Of a DNA stretch of 64,000 nt, positions 37,697 through 50,534 are shown one piece after another; the stretch's first letter is position 1, and each line of letters starts with the position of its first letter. The notes under the pieces were generated by a model that saw only the letters and a list, made by a program, of their open reading frames with translations, had not been told where the DNA came from and made no database searches. The stretch is taken from contig NC_081372.1 of assembly GCF_030684315.1 (NCBI RefSeq), positions 28,535,481-28,599,480 of the forward strand. The letters run 5' to 3'. Source of the stretch: Stegostoma tigrinum (taxonomy: Eukaryota). The position numbers and the translations under genes were made by a program.

Positions 37697-39064
37697 GGTT
37701 GATACGTAGGCAACCCTTTGTCTCGTTAACATTAAAACATTTAAGTTGCACACTTCAAACCAGGAGTGTGAAATTTGATTTATGGATATTTGCAGGCTAT
37801 TTTCACCATGACTTGAAACTATTATATTCATATGGCTAGTTTGTCCCGGTTCTTGTGGCTGTTAGGAAATGGCTGTTAGTTCTGTTGCCCTATTGATAAA
37901 ATCACAAATCAAATTGCACCTATTAGTCTTCACTACTTTATGTTATATATTTAAGTTAGGAGAAACATTGATTTATACTTCATACACAGTTTTATTACTG
38001 CAGTAACTCTGAAGCCAGAATGTCTGGAGAAATCTACTTTAGCATTGGTTTTACTCAACTTTGCTGAATTTTTTTGTCCTTTATCAATCAAAGCTACTGC
38101 AGAAATTTGTTTAGCAGCCTGAGACCAAGTCTAGATTCCTGTCATACAAACAGAAAGTGCTGTAGAAAAGCAGCAGGTCTGGCAGCATCTGTAGAGAGAG
38201 AAGCAGAGTTATGTAGCCTTGAAGTACAATAGATTGACCCAATTTGAGGGAACATGATATGTGAAGAATTAGAATATTGTAATTTCTATGGTTTGTGCAA
38301 GAGGTGTCTCCCCAATATCAAGAATTACTTGCCACACCAAAGGAAGGATTTGAGGTTTAATGGGGTAAAAATGTTTTTTCATTAAGACAGATGTTTATTT
38401 CATATTGGCAGCACAGTTGCAGCTTGTCGAAAGTGCCACAGTGTGGAGTACATAGTTAATTTACATCTTCCAACACTACATCATTGGCCTGTTCCGAGTC
38501 AGTTATACGTCCTGGTATATGAAAGTAGTGCCATGCTGGACTTCTGTCATCGTTATGATTGAGCAGAAGTTCTAGGCCAGAAATACAGTTGGACCATTGC
38601 TTAAATTCTGGGTTCCTATTATAGGAACAACATTAGAGACATGGAAAGAATGCAGCAAAGATTGACCAGACTAAAAAAAACTGAACGACCAGTGGGTGCT
38701 GGAAATCAGAGACAAAACCAAATTGCTGGAAAAACTCAATAGGTCTGGCAGCATCTGTGGAGAGAAAGCAGAGTTAACATTTTGGATCCATTGACTCTTC
38801 AGAATAGGTCAGACTGTGACTAAGACTGAAGGTTTTGCTTATTATAAAAAAGAGTTTTAAATGAAACAGAGTAGTTAACATAAAATTCCACATATAAAGG
38901 ACCACGTTTATAGTAGTTGAGTTTGTTAAATTCTCAAAAACAATGGGAATAATTTTCTGCCAAAATAAGCATGGTGCTAATAATTTATGTCAATGCTGCA
39001 TGAACTTTAGGTGAGGGCTAGGGACATTACCACTGTGGTACAAGAACTCATGGTTTCCACAAAG

Positions 39065-39730
39065 TCAGAGTCATTCAGCAAAGAAACAGACCCTTCAACC
39101 CAACTCATCCGTGCTGACCAGATGCCCTAAACTGAACCAGTCCCATTTGCCTGCATTTGGTCCATATCCCTCTAAACCTTAGCTATCCATGTACCTGTCT
39201 AAATGCCTTCTAAATTGTTGTAATTGTGTCTGCCTCTACCACTTCCTCTGGTAGCTCATTCTATATATGTACACACCACCCTCTGTGTGAAAACATTCCC
39301 CTGCAGGTCCCTTTTAAATCTTTACCCTCTCACCTTAAACCTGTGCCTTCTTGTTTTGGACTCCCCTGCCTTCGGGAAAAGACCTTATCTGTGCCCCTCA
39401 TGATTTGCAAAACCTCTGTGAGGTCACCCCTCAGTCTCCTATGCTCCAGGACAAAAAACGTCCCTGCTTCTTCAGCCTCTCCTTATAACTGAAGCCCACC
39501 AGTCTCATTAGCTTCCTTGTAAATCTTTTTCGCACTCTTTTCAGTTTAAGAACATCCTTCCTAATGCAGGGGGACCAGAATTGTACACAGTACTCCAAAT
39601 GTTGCCCTACCAGTGTCTTGTACTGCTGTAACATGAATCTCAACTCCTGTACTCATTGCACTGACCAATGAAGCCAAGCTTTCCAAACGCCTTCACCACC
39701 TGTCTAACAGTGGAGCCACTTTCAAGGATG
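39065..39730 (-). mobile_element. CR1 3' fragment
   Basis: ORF 39431..39643: YKTLVGQHLEYCVQFWSP. Confidence 0.85.
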
Positions 39731-40988
39731 TGTGATAGTGTTAATTATCACCTGTCCAACTCTGGCAGCAAAGAATATTTTTTACAATTTTTTGCTTATT
39801 CATATGCACATCACTGGCTGGCCAGCATTTGTTGCTCATCTCTAGTTTCCCTTGAGAAGGTAGTGGTGAGCTGCCTTCTTGAACTGCCGCAGTCCTCCTG
39901 CTTTGAGTTGATCCTCAATGCCATTAGGGAGGGGATTTGAGGACTTTGACCCAGTGACAGTGATAGAAAATGGTGATATACTTCCAAGTTAGGACTGTGA
40001 GTGGCTTGGAGGGGAACCTGAAGGTGATGTTACCATGTATCTGTTGCCCTTGTCCTTCTAGATGGAAGTGGTTGTGGATTTGGTAGGTGCTGTCTGAAGA
40101 TCATAGGTGAATTTCTGCAGTGTAGATTTCCATATTTTCAGGTTTTAATTGTTAGGAATTCAAGCGTAAATGTTCTAACTTTATAGTTTCTCTTTCTTAT
40201 TCTTCATTTACTTTCTGTATTTGATTTGAAATTAAATTCATTCACTTCAGATTACCCCACCTCTGCCCTTACACTATTTAGTTCAGAAATCTTTCAATCT
40301 GACTATTGAAGCAGATAACCGGTGCCTCTCATACCCAAATTCCCTCACAGAAACATTATTACCTCACACCACAGCAATTTTTCATTTAAATGATTTTATA
40401 AAGATAAAAGTAAAAGATGAAGAGAAATAAATTATTAGATGCCCAATCTCAACAAATTAAACTATGCAGTATTCACTTTTTTTAAAAAGTCAATGGATTT
40501 TTGCACGTTTCTGCTACACTTTGAGGTGCTGTGTGACCTCGCCCCTGAATGACCTAGCTCTAATTTTAAAATTATACTTTTCATCAGCGGAAATAGTTTC
40601 TTTCGAACTGTCCTACTAATTCGTTTAATAATCTTAAGCACTTCAATTAAATCATCCAGTAGACCACTTCTTTCAATGTCTTGGCCAAACGTTTTTCCTT
40701 CAAACACCATCGCAAAAAAAGATTTCCCTTTCTTTTGAGAGTCAGGTTTGTGAGACGGGTCAAAAAAATGATCCGATGTATGCGACGTCTTTACATCATA
40801 ACTCTTACTTGCAAAATGTGTATCCTCATAACGCTATAAAACCTATGAGGTATACACTGAAATTTTGATTTTATAGATACATGTTTTCATTTCATTCAGT
40901 TCAATGGGCCGTAGAGTTTGGAAAATTTAGATAGGACAGGGATACTAAAAACAAACTAGTGGGAATTTTTTAAAAGGTAGAATCATTT

Positions 40989-41007
40989 TAGCCACTAGGC
41001 GGCTCCT
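40989..41007 (+). promoter_or_regulatory. Candidate CTCF-binding site
   Basis: tagCCACTAGGCGGCTCc resembles the CTCF core CCACYAGRKGGC; lies between the PCMTD2 3' end and peroxidasin-like exon 1. Confidence 0.55.
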
Positions 41008-41453
41008 TTAAGTAAAATGAGATCGGGCAGTAATTTACAAACACACGAAGTTGTTAAAATCGACCAAGTTGAAAGGAAAAAAGTACGTTTTTGAAACGCT
41101 CGGAGAAATGCGTTTATCTAAGATTCTAAATGTTAAACTTTGCAAAGTTTGCGTTTTCTGAATCTCGACATTTGAAAGGAAAGGATAGTCATGTATATTG
41201 AATTATTGGCATAGCTTAATATATTTACGTTAAGTATCGATAGTATTAATTATTATTTCATATGCATATGAAATGCATTCATGTAGTAATTCTCAGAGAC
41301 AGGATTGTGTGAGTGGCTTCTTGAAACGACCGTTTGAAATTGACTGGTTTGATACAGTACACGTGCCTCCTGCAAGCTCCTGCCTCGAAGTTTAATTGGG
41401 CTTGAATCTGATCACTGGCGTTCGGATGAAAGTACATTCGGCACCGCTTCATC

Positions 41454-41614
41454 ATGTTGCCAAAGTGGTTCCTTTTTTTAGTCACCGTTTTTTTGTTTTT
41501 CGCACCTCTGTGTTCGTCTTGCCCGAGTCGGTGCCTTTGCTTTCGGACCACAGTGCGATGCATGCATTTAATGCTAGAAAACGTCCCCGAGGTTTCCGCA
41601 CAGACAACTATTCT
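41454..41614 (+). CDS. Peroxidasin-family gene (PXDN/PXDNL-like), first coding exon: [53 protein letters not shown](L)
   Basis: Manual translation from atcATG at 41454 gives a hydrophobic signal peptide, then the peroxidasin [22 protein letters not shown]. Strong donor CT|gtaagt in phase 2 at the position where PXDN exon 1 ends (...QTSIL|DLRFN). Lies in a CpG-rich region. Too short for the ORF track. Paralog identity unresolved. Confidence 0.92.
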
Positions 41615-44600
41615 GTAAGTAGCCTGTTGTGCTCCATAAGCCATTTGATTTCGGATCAGCGGCAGATCCTGAATTGTGTGAATCAATTAAGAGGTATCCA
41701 AGGTGTGTCTTTAAAATGGTCACGAATTTAGGCTAATTTTTGTATCATTGTTTGAATTGATGTTCTTGTACGAGTTAAAAGTTTTCGAAACTTGACCGTG
41801 GGACGACTTGCACTTTTACGGTGACTTCGGAAGAGGAGACGTGTTTCCCTTTTGTCGAAGAAAACCGTAATAAGCCAAAAGATTTACCAAACTGAGTATT
41901 TCTTTGCGTTAAAGCTTATCTCCACTGAAGTACGGAGTACTGCATATTGTCTAGCGTCTAGGAAGTTAAAAGGCGGGTTAACTATGAACATTTTAACAAT
42001 ACTGAAAGTACGGAGAATATTCTTTTTCCCCACCGAGGTTTCCCAGGTATCTTTGATAAATTTTTCCCTTCCTTTGATTTGAGGTTGCTTGGGCATGTAT
42101 CCCCTTCCCCTCCTTTGGTTGAGAGATATGTAAAGCAGAGTTTTATTTGTGTGTTAGGAAATTGCTGCAACCACTGATCAGTTAACGTGCTCAGAACATT
42201 AATTTCAAGAGAACGTTAATGGCAGAAGGAATAGTGCTACATATTTGTTTTCCTTAGCAACAGATTGCATGTTTCTGGGCTTCACGAATGATTTGTGTCA
42301 CGAAGTGTGCTCCTAAAAGTTCACAGTGAGTAAATAGATTTTCATTCATTTTAGACAGGTATTGTTGATGGTGACTTGAAAGTAAGTGGTTAAGATTAGA
42401 AGTTTCTCTTGATGATCCTTGCTTATACTGAAAACACAGCTTTACTTCCTTGGCTAACAGCGACCACAAGTTAGCTTCATTTCACAAAATATCATACCAG
42501 GCTAGTGAGCAACATGTTTGGCTTTCATTTGGAATTGTATGTGATATACCATGTATTCCATTTTTCAATTAGCTCACAGGGAATTCAAGTTAAAATATCT
42601 AATTTCATGTTTGTTTTGAGAGAAAGTTATCCAAAAGTAATCAGCTGAAAATCTACTGGCATGGCATGATTTATCATGCTTAACTTTATCCCATCTGCTT
42701 CAAAGCAGTAACAGAAATTGACTGTCCCTGTAGTATTCTTCTCTGACTTTGATCCTGTGCTTGTGATGACAATTTTATGTAGTATTAAGTCCTTAGTGAG
42801 TGCCTTACTACAGTGCAATCCATTTTGGATAAGAGCAAAGTATGAAAACACTCAAGAGTAAGGGCTTGGATGTCTTCCAGCATCTTTGATGTCCAGATCA
42901 GATCAAAGAGAGGTTTGAAAAGAAACATGATAATTAATTAGAACCCGGAATTAAAACAGATTTCAGACATGGCTTTTCAAAATCTGATAAACAGTGCGCA
43001 TTACCAAGGCAAAGCAAAACATCAAGAGGCCTGTTCTGATATGTTCTGTGGCAAGCATTAGAAGAGTTATTCTAATAGTAAATTGAATTGATTAAGTATA
43101 GTAACTGGCAACTGATGTTCAATAATTTCTTCACAATACTTCTAATACTTGATGAGTGATCAACAAAGACAGCAGAAAAGCTTACTCAGCTTTCAATCTC
43201 ATACAATATTGGCATAACCATATATTCCTTTTAATGGTATGGAAGTAGATGGACTGGCAAATTAGGTTAACGGAGGTCAGTAGAGATGCAGAGGTAAACA
43301 TTTAGGAAATATTTCAAAATATGAAGAACACAACATCCCTCTGAGTCAAAAATTCCAAAGAGCAGATCAGTGGTTGACTAAAAAGATTGGGAAGTGGCAT
43401 GAAGGGGAAATTTCAGGTTGTGGTACTTTGTTGCATTTGCTGCCCTTATCCTTCTAGATGATGTCATCATGGATTTAGAAGGTGCTGTCTAAGGAGTTTT
43501 GGTGAGTTTCTGCAGTGCATTTTGTAGGTAATACACACTGCTGCTACTGAGCATCAGTGATAAAGGAAATGAATGTTTGTGGATGTGGTGCCAATCAAGA
43601 AGGCTGCTTTGTCCGGGATGGTGTCATGTTTCTTGAGTATTGTTGGAGCTGAACTCATCCAAGCAAGTTGGGTGGATATGCTATCAAAATCCTGAGTTGT
43701 ATCTTGCAGATGGTGAACAGGTTTTGGGGAATCAGGAGGTGAGTTATTTCCTTTAAGTTTCCTAGTCTCTGTCTAGCTCATGAGGTCAGATTATGTATAT
43801 GACTAATCCAGTTCGGTTTCTTATGAATGAAGGGATAGGTGAGCTCTGAGTGCTGGTGCGGTGTCTGGAAGTATATTTACATGCATTGTTATGAAGCTTT
43901 AAGAGAAAACTTGAGGTGAACAGTGCAATGCTTTAGAAAAATATAAGGTAGAAGATAGAAGAGAAGTTGGACTGTTTCCTGGAATCAAGGTTCCCTATGA
44001 CATGAAGACAGCAACAGTTTCCCATTTAGAAAGAGAGAGCCATTAAGAAGATCAGCGAATGTGCACATTTCTTTCTTGCAGGTCATTCAGGGGAAAAAAA
44101 TACATTTACGTGCAGCAGTGCAGTTTAACAGTCCCCTGATCAGGTCAGTAGAAAAACACAATCATGATTGGCATGACAGAGTTCCAGAAATAAGACTGTG
44201 GAAAAGGAGTTGAAGTAATTCATAATAAGAGATAAGTGAGCTGGGATCTGACATGTCCAGTGTTACAATTAGTTGAACTTATAACAAACAACTACAAAAG
44301 AAGTTTCAGCCACGGATGTGGAAAAATTCAATGTAATCAGGTAGAATCTACCTGGTTTTGTGAAAGGGAAATCTTGTTTAACCTATTACAGTTTTTGAAG
44401 GTGTAGCGTATTGTGGATAATGTGGAGGCAGTGAAAGTACTGTACTTAGATTTCCAAGAGGATTTTGATAAGATGTCTTTAGGTTATTATGGAAAATAAA
44501 GGCTCATTATGTATAGGGTAACATATTGTCACTTCATTTAATTCATCCATGGGATATGGTTGTTGCTGGCTAGGCCAGCATTCATTGCCTATCCCTATTT

Positions 44601-44749
44601 GCCTACAAGAAAGTTAAGGGTCAACCAAACTGTCCGGCAGTTTATCCGATGTCTATTACTGGAAGAATAGAAATTATGTTCACTAAAATATCGAGAAACC
44701 TGAAGTCTCCGTCATGATCTCCACTCCCTAGCCACTAATCCCATCCCCC

Positions 44750-45400
44750 TCCTCAGCATCTGTAATAGGTTGAACCAGGTTGTTCCTAATATTTGGTGAC
44801 ATATTTTACTGATTGGATTTCTGATCACACATCCATGCCATCATCAAGATTATATATTTCAACTTTGCAACATTGCCATCCCTTCGTTCATTTGCTGTTG
44901 AAACTCCCATCCATACCTTTTGTTACTTCCAGACTTAGCTATTTTAATCCACTTCTGTCTAGCCTCCAACAGTCTACCTTCAGTAAATTTGAAGTCATTC
45001 AAGACCCTGCCTTTGCCCTAAATCAAACTAAGTTCCATTCACCCATCACCCTGACTGACATACCTTGCCTCCCATTTGAGTAATGCCTCAGTTTGTAATT
45101 GTTTTGCTTGTTTTCAAATCTCTCCGTGGTTTGTAACATGCCTCCCCATCTCTCTAATTTCCTATGGCCTTATAAGTCACATATGTGTTCCTTTAATTCT
45201 GGCCTCTCAAGCAATCTTGAATTTACAATTGGTGGTCATGCCTTCAATTATCAAAGCCATAACCTTTGGAATTCCTTCTCTCACACTTTCCATCTCTTTA
45301 CCACTTTCTCTTCACCCCGCAAAACCTTTTTGACCTAATATTTCTGTGGCCTATCTTGACTCTTTTTACATTTATTGATGCTATCGAAATACAAATTGTT
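44750..45400 (+). mobile_element. L2-type LINE 3' fragment
   Basis: ORF 44793..45083: PFVTSRLSYFNPLLSSL...IQD...HSPIT, typical of the L2 RT C-terminus. Related fragment at ~26570-26995. Confidence 0.7.
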
Positions 45401-46804
45401 GGAAGTTTTCATTATTTGGTGAGTTTGCAAATTCATATAACTCCACCCCAATACTAATATAAGGTGTTGACATGATATCCTGTTCAAATAAGATGTGATA
45501 ACATCTTTGTCATTTTGCAGGAATTGATATTCCATAGTTTGTGCTGGTGCAATTGGAATATTAGGGAAAGTTTGTTTGGCATATGTCAGTGGATTTGTGA
45601 TTTTCTGCGTTCACAACTTCTTTTTTTCCCCAATCAAACATCAAATGAATTCAAATCACAATGTCCAACTTTAAACAAGATTCTGCAATTGGTTGCATTT
45701 ACTAAATAATCCTGTGAGTGCAAGAATTATGCTAAAATTAATTAGGGTTGTCATTCAGGCTTGCAGGATGGCACATATAGTGATTCAGGGCCCTGTACTT
45801 TGCAGACGCAAAGAACATGAACAGACACCACCTGTTTTAACTGAACAAAATAGGTGACAGTCATCCTGTAGTGCTTTTTTCAGGGCAACGTCTTTGCCAC
45901 TGAGCTGGCCTACCTGGTTTAAAATTTAAATAATGGCCTAGTGATATTATCTATTAATCCAGAAACTCAGCAGATGTTCTGGGGACCCTGGATTGGACCC
46001 TGCCACAGCAGATAATGGAATTTAAATTCAATTAAAAAGAAGTTGGAAAAATTAAGAAGGATCTACTGCCAACCATGAAATTACCATTTGCCAATTTGCC
46101 AGAAAACCCCATCTGGCTCACTAATATTGCCATCCTTACCTGGTCTGACCAACATATGACTCCAGATCCACAGCAATGTGGTTGACTCTCAACTGTCCTC
46201 TAAAATGGTCCAGCAAGCCACTCAGTTCAAAGGTAGCTAGGGATGAGCTGGCAGTGATTTTTAAAAAATAAAAATTAGCAGGAAATTGGGTTTATGTGTT
46301 TGTTTATCTGTGCCAGTTCTTTGAGCCATACAATGAGGTAAATGGTCTCTCTGTGTGGAAGGTTCTATAATATGTTGTAAATTTATGTTTGGTCCTGGCA
46401 GTATTTAAATGAAAACTAATTCTACAATTATACTAAACAGTTATGCATATCATTAAGTTACTGAAGAAGGCAGATATATACCTACCAAGGGATCCTGTAA
46501 AGAAGATGCGCAACAGTTATTTGTCAATCTTCACCTTTTTGCAGGCCAATCCTAGTTTTCAAATGTCTCCGTGGCCTAATTTTAGCTATAATCTCTTGCA
46601 GCTCAGGAACCCTTTGACAAATCTGTGCTTATCCAGCTGTATCCTCTTGAGTAGACCCAGTGGACTCAATGGGCCATGCCTTATGGTTTCGTTGACACGT
46701 AACTGCCCTCTATGGTTTAGCAAGCCTCTGCTTCAAGAGAAACTAATGATCGACAACAAGCTGGCCCTGTCAGTGATGCATATACCAAGAATAGGGCAAT
46801 TAAC

Positions 46805-47012
46805 TCTGGTGTACTGGCTAATATTTTTCCCTTGACCAACGATGTTAAAGTAATTATTCTTCATCACATTGTATGAGAACTTGTTGCATGCAAATTGGCT
46901 GCTTCATTTCCTATATTACAAAAGTGACCATACTTCAAAAACAATACTTTGGCTGTGTAAGTCTTTCCAATGTTCTGAACCTGTGAAAGATGCTGTAAAT
47001 GCAAATCCTTTT
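46805..47012 (+). mobile_element. Ancient SINE 3' half with L2-type tail (DeuSINE/SacSINE-like)
   Basis: ggtgtactggctaatattt...gcaaattggctgc...acttcaaaa...gtgaaagatgctgtaaatgcaa. More decayed relative at ~2170-2425. Confidence 0.45.
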
Positions 47013-48195
47013 TTCCTGTCTATAAGATACTACTTGAAACCTACCTCAGCTTAACTTAGTCATCTCCTATTTTAATGTCATCTTTGCATAGAAACCAAAA
47101 ACGTACTGCACAGAAAGAGGCTATTGGGCTGTCCTGTCTGAACTGACCGAAAAAGGGCTATCCAGCTAATCCCACTTTCCAGCTTTTAGGTTATGGAATT
47201 TCACTGTTCATCCAATTTTCTTTTTAATGCAATGAAAATTTCTGTGTCTGACTCCTCTATCAGATAGTGTATTTTAGATCCTGATTGACAATTGGGTGAA
47301 AGTATTTGTCAGCTTCGCTCTAATAATTTCCACCTATGTCCCTGATTGTTAATCACTTTTAGGAAGAGAAGTAGGTCTTCTCAATGCATTTTAAACAAGA
47401 CCTCTCGTAATTTTATACACCTCAATGAGATCTCTCCTCAGCCCCTTCTGTTTAATTGAAACACAGTCCAAAAGATGCTGAGGGATATGGCATGAATATA
47501 CTAGAGCCCACTGTTTAAAAATAATAGATCTCCCATTTAGCACTGAAATGAGGAGGAATTTCTTTTCTCAGAAGTTGTTAGCCTTAGCCTTTAAATATGT
47601 TATAGAATGAATTAGGCAGAATTAGCCACCTGTAAATTTTCTAAATTCCAATGAGTACAATCTTCTACATGGAATCTTGTCAAAAGCAATGCTATAATCC
47701 ATGTAAACTACATCATATTTGCTACCCTTGTTAACTTCCATTGTTATTCCTCAAAAAATTTCAAACCCATTAGACATGGCCTTTCCTTAACAAATCCATG
47801 CTGACTGTGCTTGATTAATCAGATTTATAATGCCCCTCAAAACATATTTCCAATGATTCATTCACTATTGAGGTTAGCTCACTAGTCGTAGTTACTTGGT
47901 CTATCCTCTCTTCCCTTTCTAAACAACCGTACAAAATTAGCAGTCTGTAGCCAGAGAAGATAGCAAAATTACAATCAGAGCTTTCATTATTTCCAGCGTT
48001 GTGTATTTTAGTAGTCTGAGCTTGCTGACTTGTGCACTGTGAAAATTGTATTTATACCATACGGTATTCCACATTCCATTCCTTAACCACAATATCTGCA
48101 TTGTGTCCCTTTTTCAAGATGACAGATATGAAGTATTAATAAAACAAGCACATAAGCAGTTGTTTCAATCCACTTTTGCCAAATCAAGGGGGAAG

Positions 48196-48510
48196 CATTG
48201 GCCTCGTAATTTTGTCACTAGATTATTAATTCGGAAACCCAGGTAATGTTCTGGGGACCCCTGTTTGAATCACACCATGGCTGATGGTAAAGTTTGAATT
48301 TGTAAAAACCTGGATTGAAGAATCCAATAATGACCACAAAACCACCGTTAATTTGTCAGGAAAAACTCATTTGATTCGCTGATGTCCTTTTGGGAAGGAA
48401 ACTGCCTTAGCATGGTTTACATGTGACTCCAAATCCACAGCAATGTGTTTGACTATTAACTACCCTCTGGGCAATTAGCCAGTAATATTGACATCCTGTG
48501 AATGATTTTT
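48196..48510 (+). mobile_element. tRNA-derived SINE-like family copy
   Basis: Shares ccagaaac.cag...aatgttctggggaccc and gtgactcca.atccacagcaatgtg.ttgact with copies at ~45935-46260 and ~10040-10335; degenerate B-box. Confidence 0.55.
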
Positions 48511-49068
48511 TTCTCAATCCCAACTTGATAAAGTTCATAATTTTCAAGCTGAAACTCTTATTCTGGGACTGTCATCTTTTCCTATAAGCTAAATCTAACT
48601 GTATATTTTTCCAAACCACTAAAAAAGCCCAACCATGCTTGACCTGCTATGTTCATCCAGCTCTACACCTTGTTATCTCAGATTCTCCAGCATCTGCAGT
48701 TCTTCCTATCTCTGAACGAATTTCAACCCCATGCTCCTTTCTTCCTGCCCAACTTGATTTCCTAAAACTAAGCCCAGGATTGCCTCTCTTTCACTTGGGA
48801 TTTGCCACACCCTGACAAAGTTCTCCTGAATGTTAAATAAGAATTCTGCACCTCTCTACCATTCACATTGCTTTTATTCTGGTTAATGTTAAGACAGCAA
48901 TTGAAATCATCTTGTATTACTCTTTTTGTTTCTGCACTTTTTAGCAATTTGTCTAATTGAAATAGTTACTATTAACCATTGAAAAACTGAATTGGTTTTG
49001 TTTTGAGATAATAAAATGTGAGGCTGGATGAACACAGCAGGCCAACCAGCATCTCAGGAGCACAAAAG

Positions 49069-49102
49069 CTGACGTTTCGGGCCTAGACCCTTCATCAGAG
49101 AG
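49069..49102 (-). ncRNA. Minimal hammerhead ribozyme motif (intact copy)
   Basis: Reverse complement reads ctctCTGATGAagggtctaggcccGAAACGTCag. Confidence 0.75.
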
Positions 49103-49322
49103 GGGGATGGGGAGAGGGAACTGGAATAAATAGGGAGAGAGGGGGAGGCGGACCGAAGATGGAGAGTAAAGAAGATAGGTGGAGAGAGTATAGGTGGGGA
49201 GGTAGGGAGGGAATAGGTCAGTCCAGGGAAGACGGACAAGTCAAGGAGGTGGGATGAGGTTAGTAGGTAGATGGGGGTACGGCTTGGGGTGGGAGGAAGG
49301 GATGGGTGAGAGGAAAAACTGG

Positions 49323-50534
49323 TTAGGGAGGCAGAGACAGGTTGGACTGGTATTGGGATGCAGTGGGTGGGGGGGAAGAGCTGGGCTGGTTGTGTGGTGC
49401 AGTGGGGGGAGGGGGCGAACTGGGCTGGTTGAGGGATGCAGTAGGGGAAGGGGAGATTTTGAAACTGGTGAAGTCCACATTGATACCATTAGGCTGCAGG
49501 GTTCCCAGGCGGAATATGAGTTGCTGTTCCTGCAACCTTCGGGTGGCATCATTGTGGCAGTGCAGGAGGCCCATGATGGACATGTCATCTAGAGAATAGG
49601 AGGGGGAGTGGAAATGGTTTGCGACTGGGAGGTGCAGTTGTTTTTTGCGAACTGAGCGGAGGTGTTCTGCAAAGCGGTCCCCAAGCCTCCGCTTGGTTTC
49701 CCCAATGTAGAGGAAGCCGCACCGAGTACAGTGGATGCAGTATACCACATTGGCAGATGTGCAGGTGAACCTCTGCTTAATGTGGAATGTCATCTTGGGG
49801 CCTGGGATAGGGGTGAGGGAGAAGGTGTGGGGGCAAGTGTAGCATTTCCTGCGGTTGCAGGGGAAGGTGCCGGGTGTGGTGGGGTTGGAGGGCAGTGTGG
49901 AGCGAACAAGGGAGTCACGGAGAGAGTGGTCTCTCCGGAAAGCAGACAGGGGTGGGGATGGAAAAATGTCTTGGGTGGTGGGGTCGGATTGTAAATGGCG
50001 AAAGTGTCGGAGGATGATGCGTTGTATCCGGAGGTTGGCAGGTTGGTGTGTGAGAACGAGGGGGATCCTCTTAGGGCGGTTATGGCGGTGGCGGGGTGTG
50101 AGAGAAGTGTTGCGGGAAATACGGGAGACGCGGTCAAGGGCGTTCTCGATCACTGTGGGGGGAAAGTTGCGGTCCTTAAAGAACTTGGACATCTGGGATG
50201 TGCGGGAGTGGAATGTCTTATCGTGGGAGCAGATGCGGCGGAGGCGGAGGAATTGGGAATAGGGAATGGAATTTTTGCAGGAGGGTGGGTGGGAGGAGGT
50301 GTATTCTAGGTAGCTGTGGGAGTCAGTGGGCTTGAAATGGACATCAGTTACAATCTGGTTGCCTGAGATGGAGACTGAGAGGTCCAGGAAGGTGAGGGAC
50401 GTGCTGGAGATGGCCCAGGTGAACTGAAGGTTGGGGTGGAAGGTGTTGGTGAAGTGGATGAACTGTTCAAGCTCCTCTGGGGAGCAAGAGGCGGCGCCGA
50501 TACAGTCATCAATGTACCGGAGGAAGAGGTGGGG
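49323..50534 (-). CDS. Penelope-like polyprotein fragment: RT C-terminus (FLRYIDD) + GIY-YIG endonuclease
   Basis: YIDD at 50516-50505 is in frame, with no stops, with ORF 49323..50192, which contains CNRRKCYTC and NVVYCIHCTRCGFLYIGETKRRLGDRFAEH. Confidence 0.9.
   Translation of the reverse strand, partial: PHLFLRYIDDCIGAASCSPEELEQFIHFTNTFHPNLQFTWAISSTSLTFLDLSVSISGNQIVTDVHFKPTDSHSYLEYTSSHPPSCKNSIPYSQFLRLRRICSHDKTFHSRTSQMSKFFKDRNFPPTVIENALDRVSRISRNTSLTPRHRHNRPKRIPLVLTHQPANLRIQRIILRHFRHLQSDPTTQDIFPSPPLSAFRRDHSLRDSLVRSTLPSNPTTPGTFPCNRRKCYTCPHTFSLTPIPGPKMTFHIKQRFTCTSANVVYCIHCTRCGFLYIGETKRRLGDRFAEHLRSVRKKQLHLPVANHFHSPSYSLDDMSIMGLLHCHNDATRRLQEQQLIFRLGTLQPNGINVDFTSFKISPSPTASLNQPSSPPPPTAPHNQPSSSPPPTASQYQSNLSLPP

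Larger units (their letters stand above)
40700..42050 (+). promoter_or_regulatory. AT-rich but CpG-retaining island: promoter/exon 1 of the peroxidasin-like gene
   Basis: Frequent CpG relative to flanks; E-box CACGTG at 41360-41365; reverse CCAAT (ATTGG) at 41395-41399. Confidence 0.65.

Noticed and set aside
41396-41731. ORF-track 111-aa ORF (and antisense ORF 41279..41686) as the gene in the second CpG island
   Set aside because: The recognisable peroxidasin sequence is in another frame starting at 41454; these ORFs are shadows.
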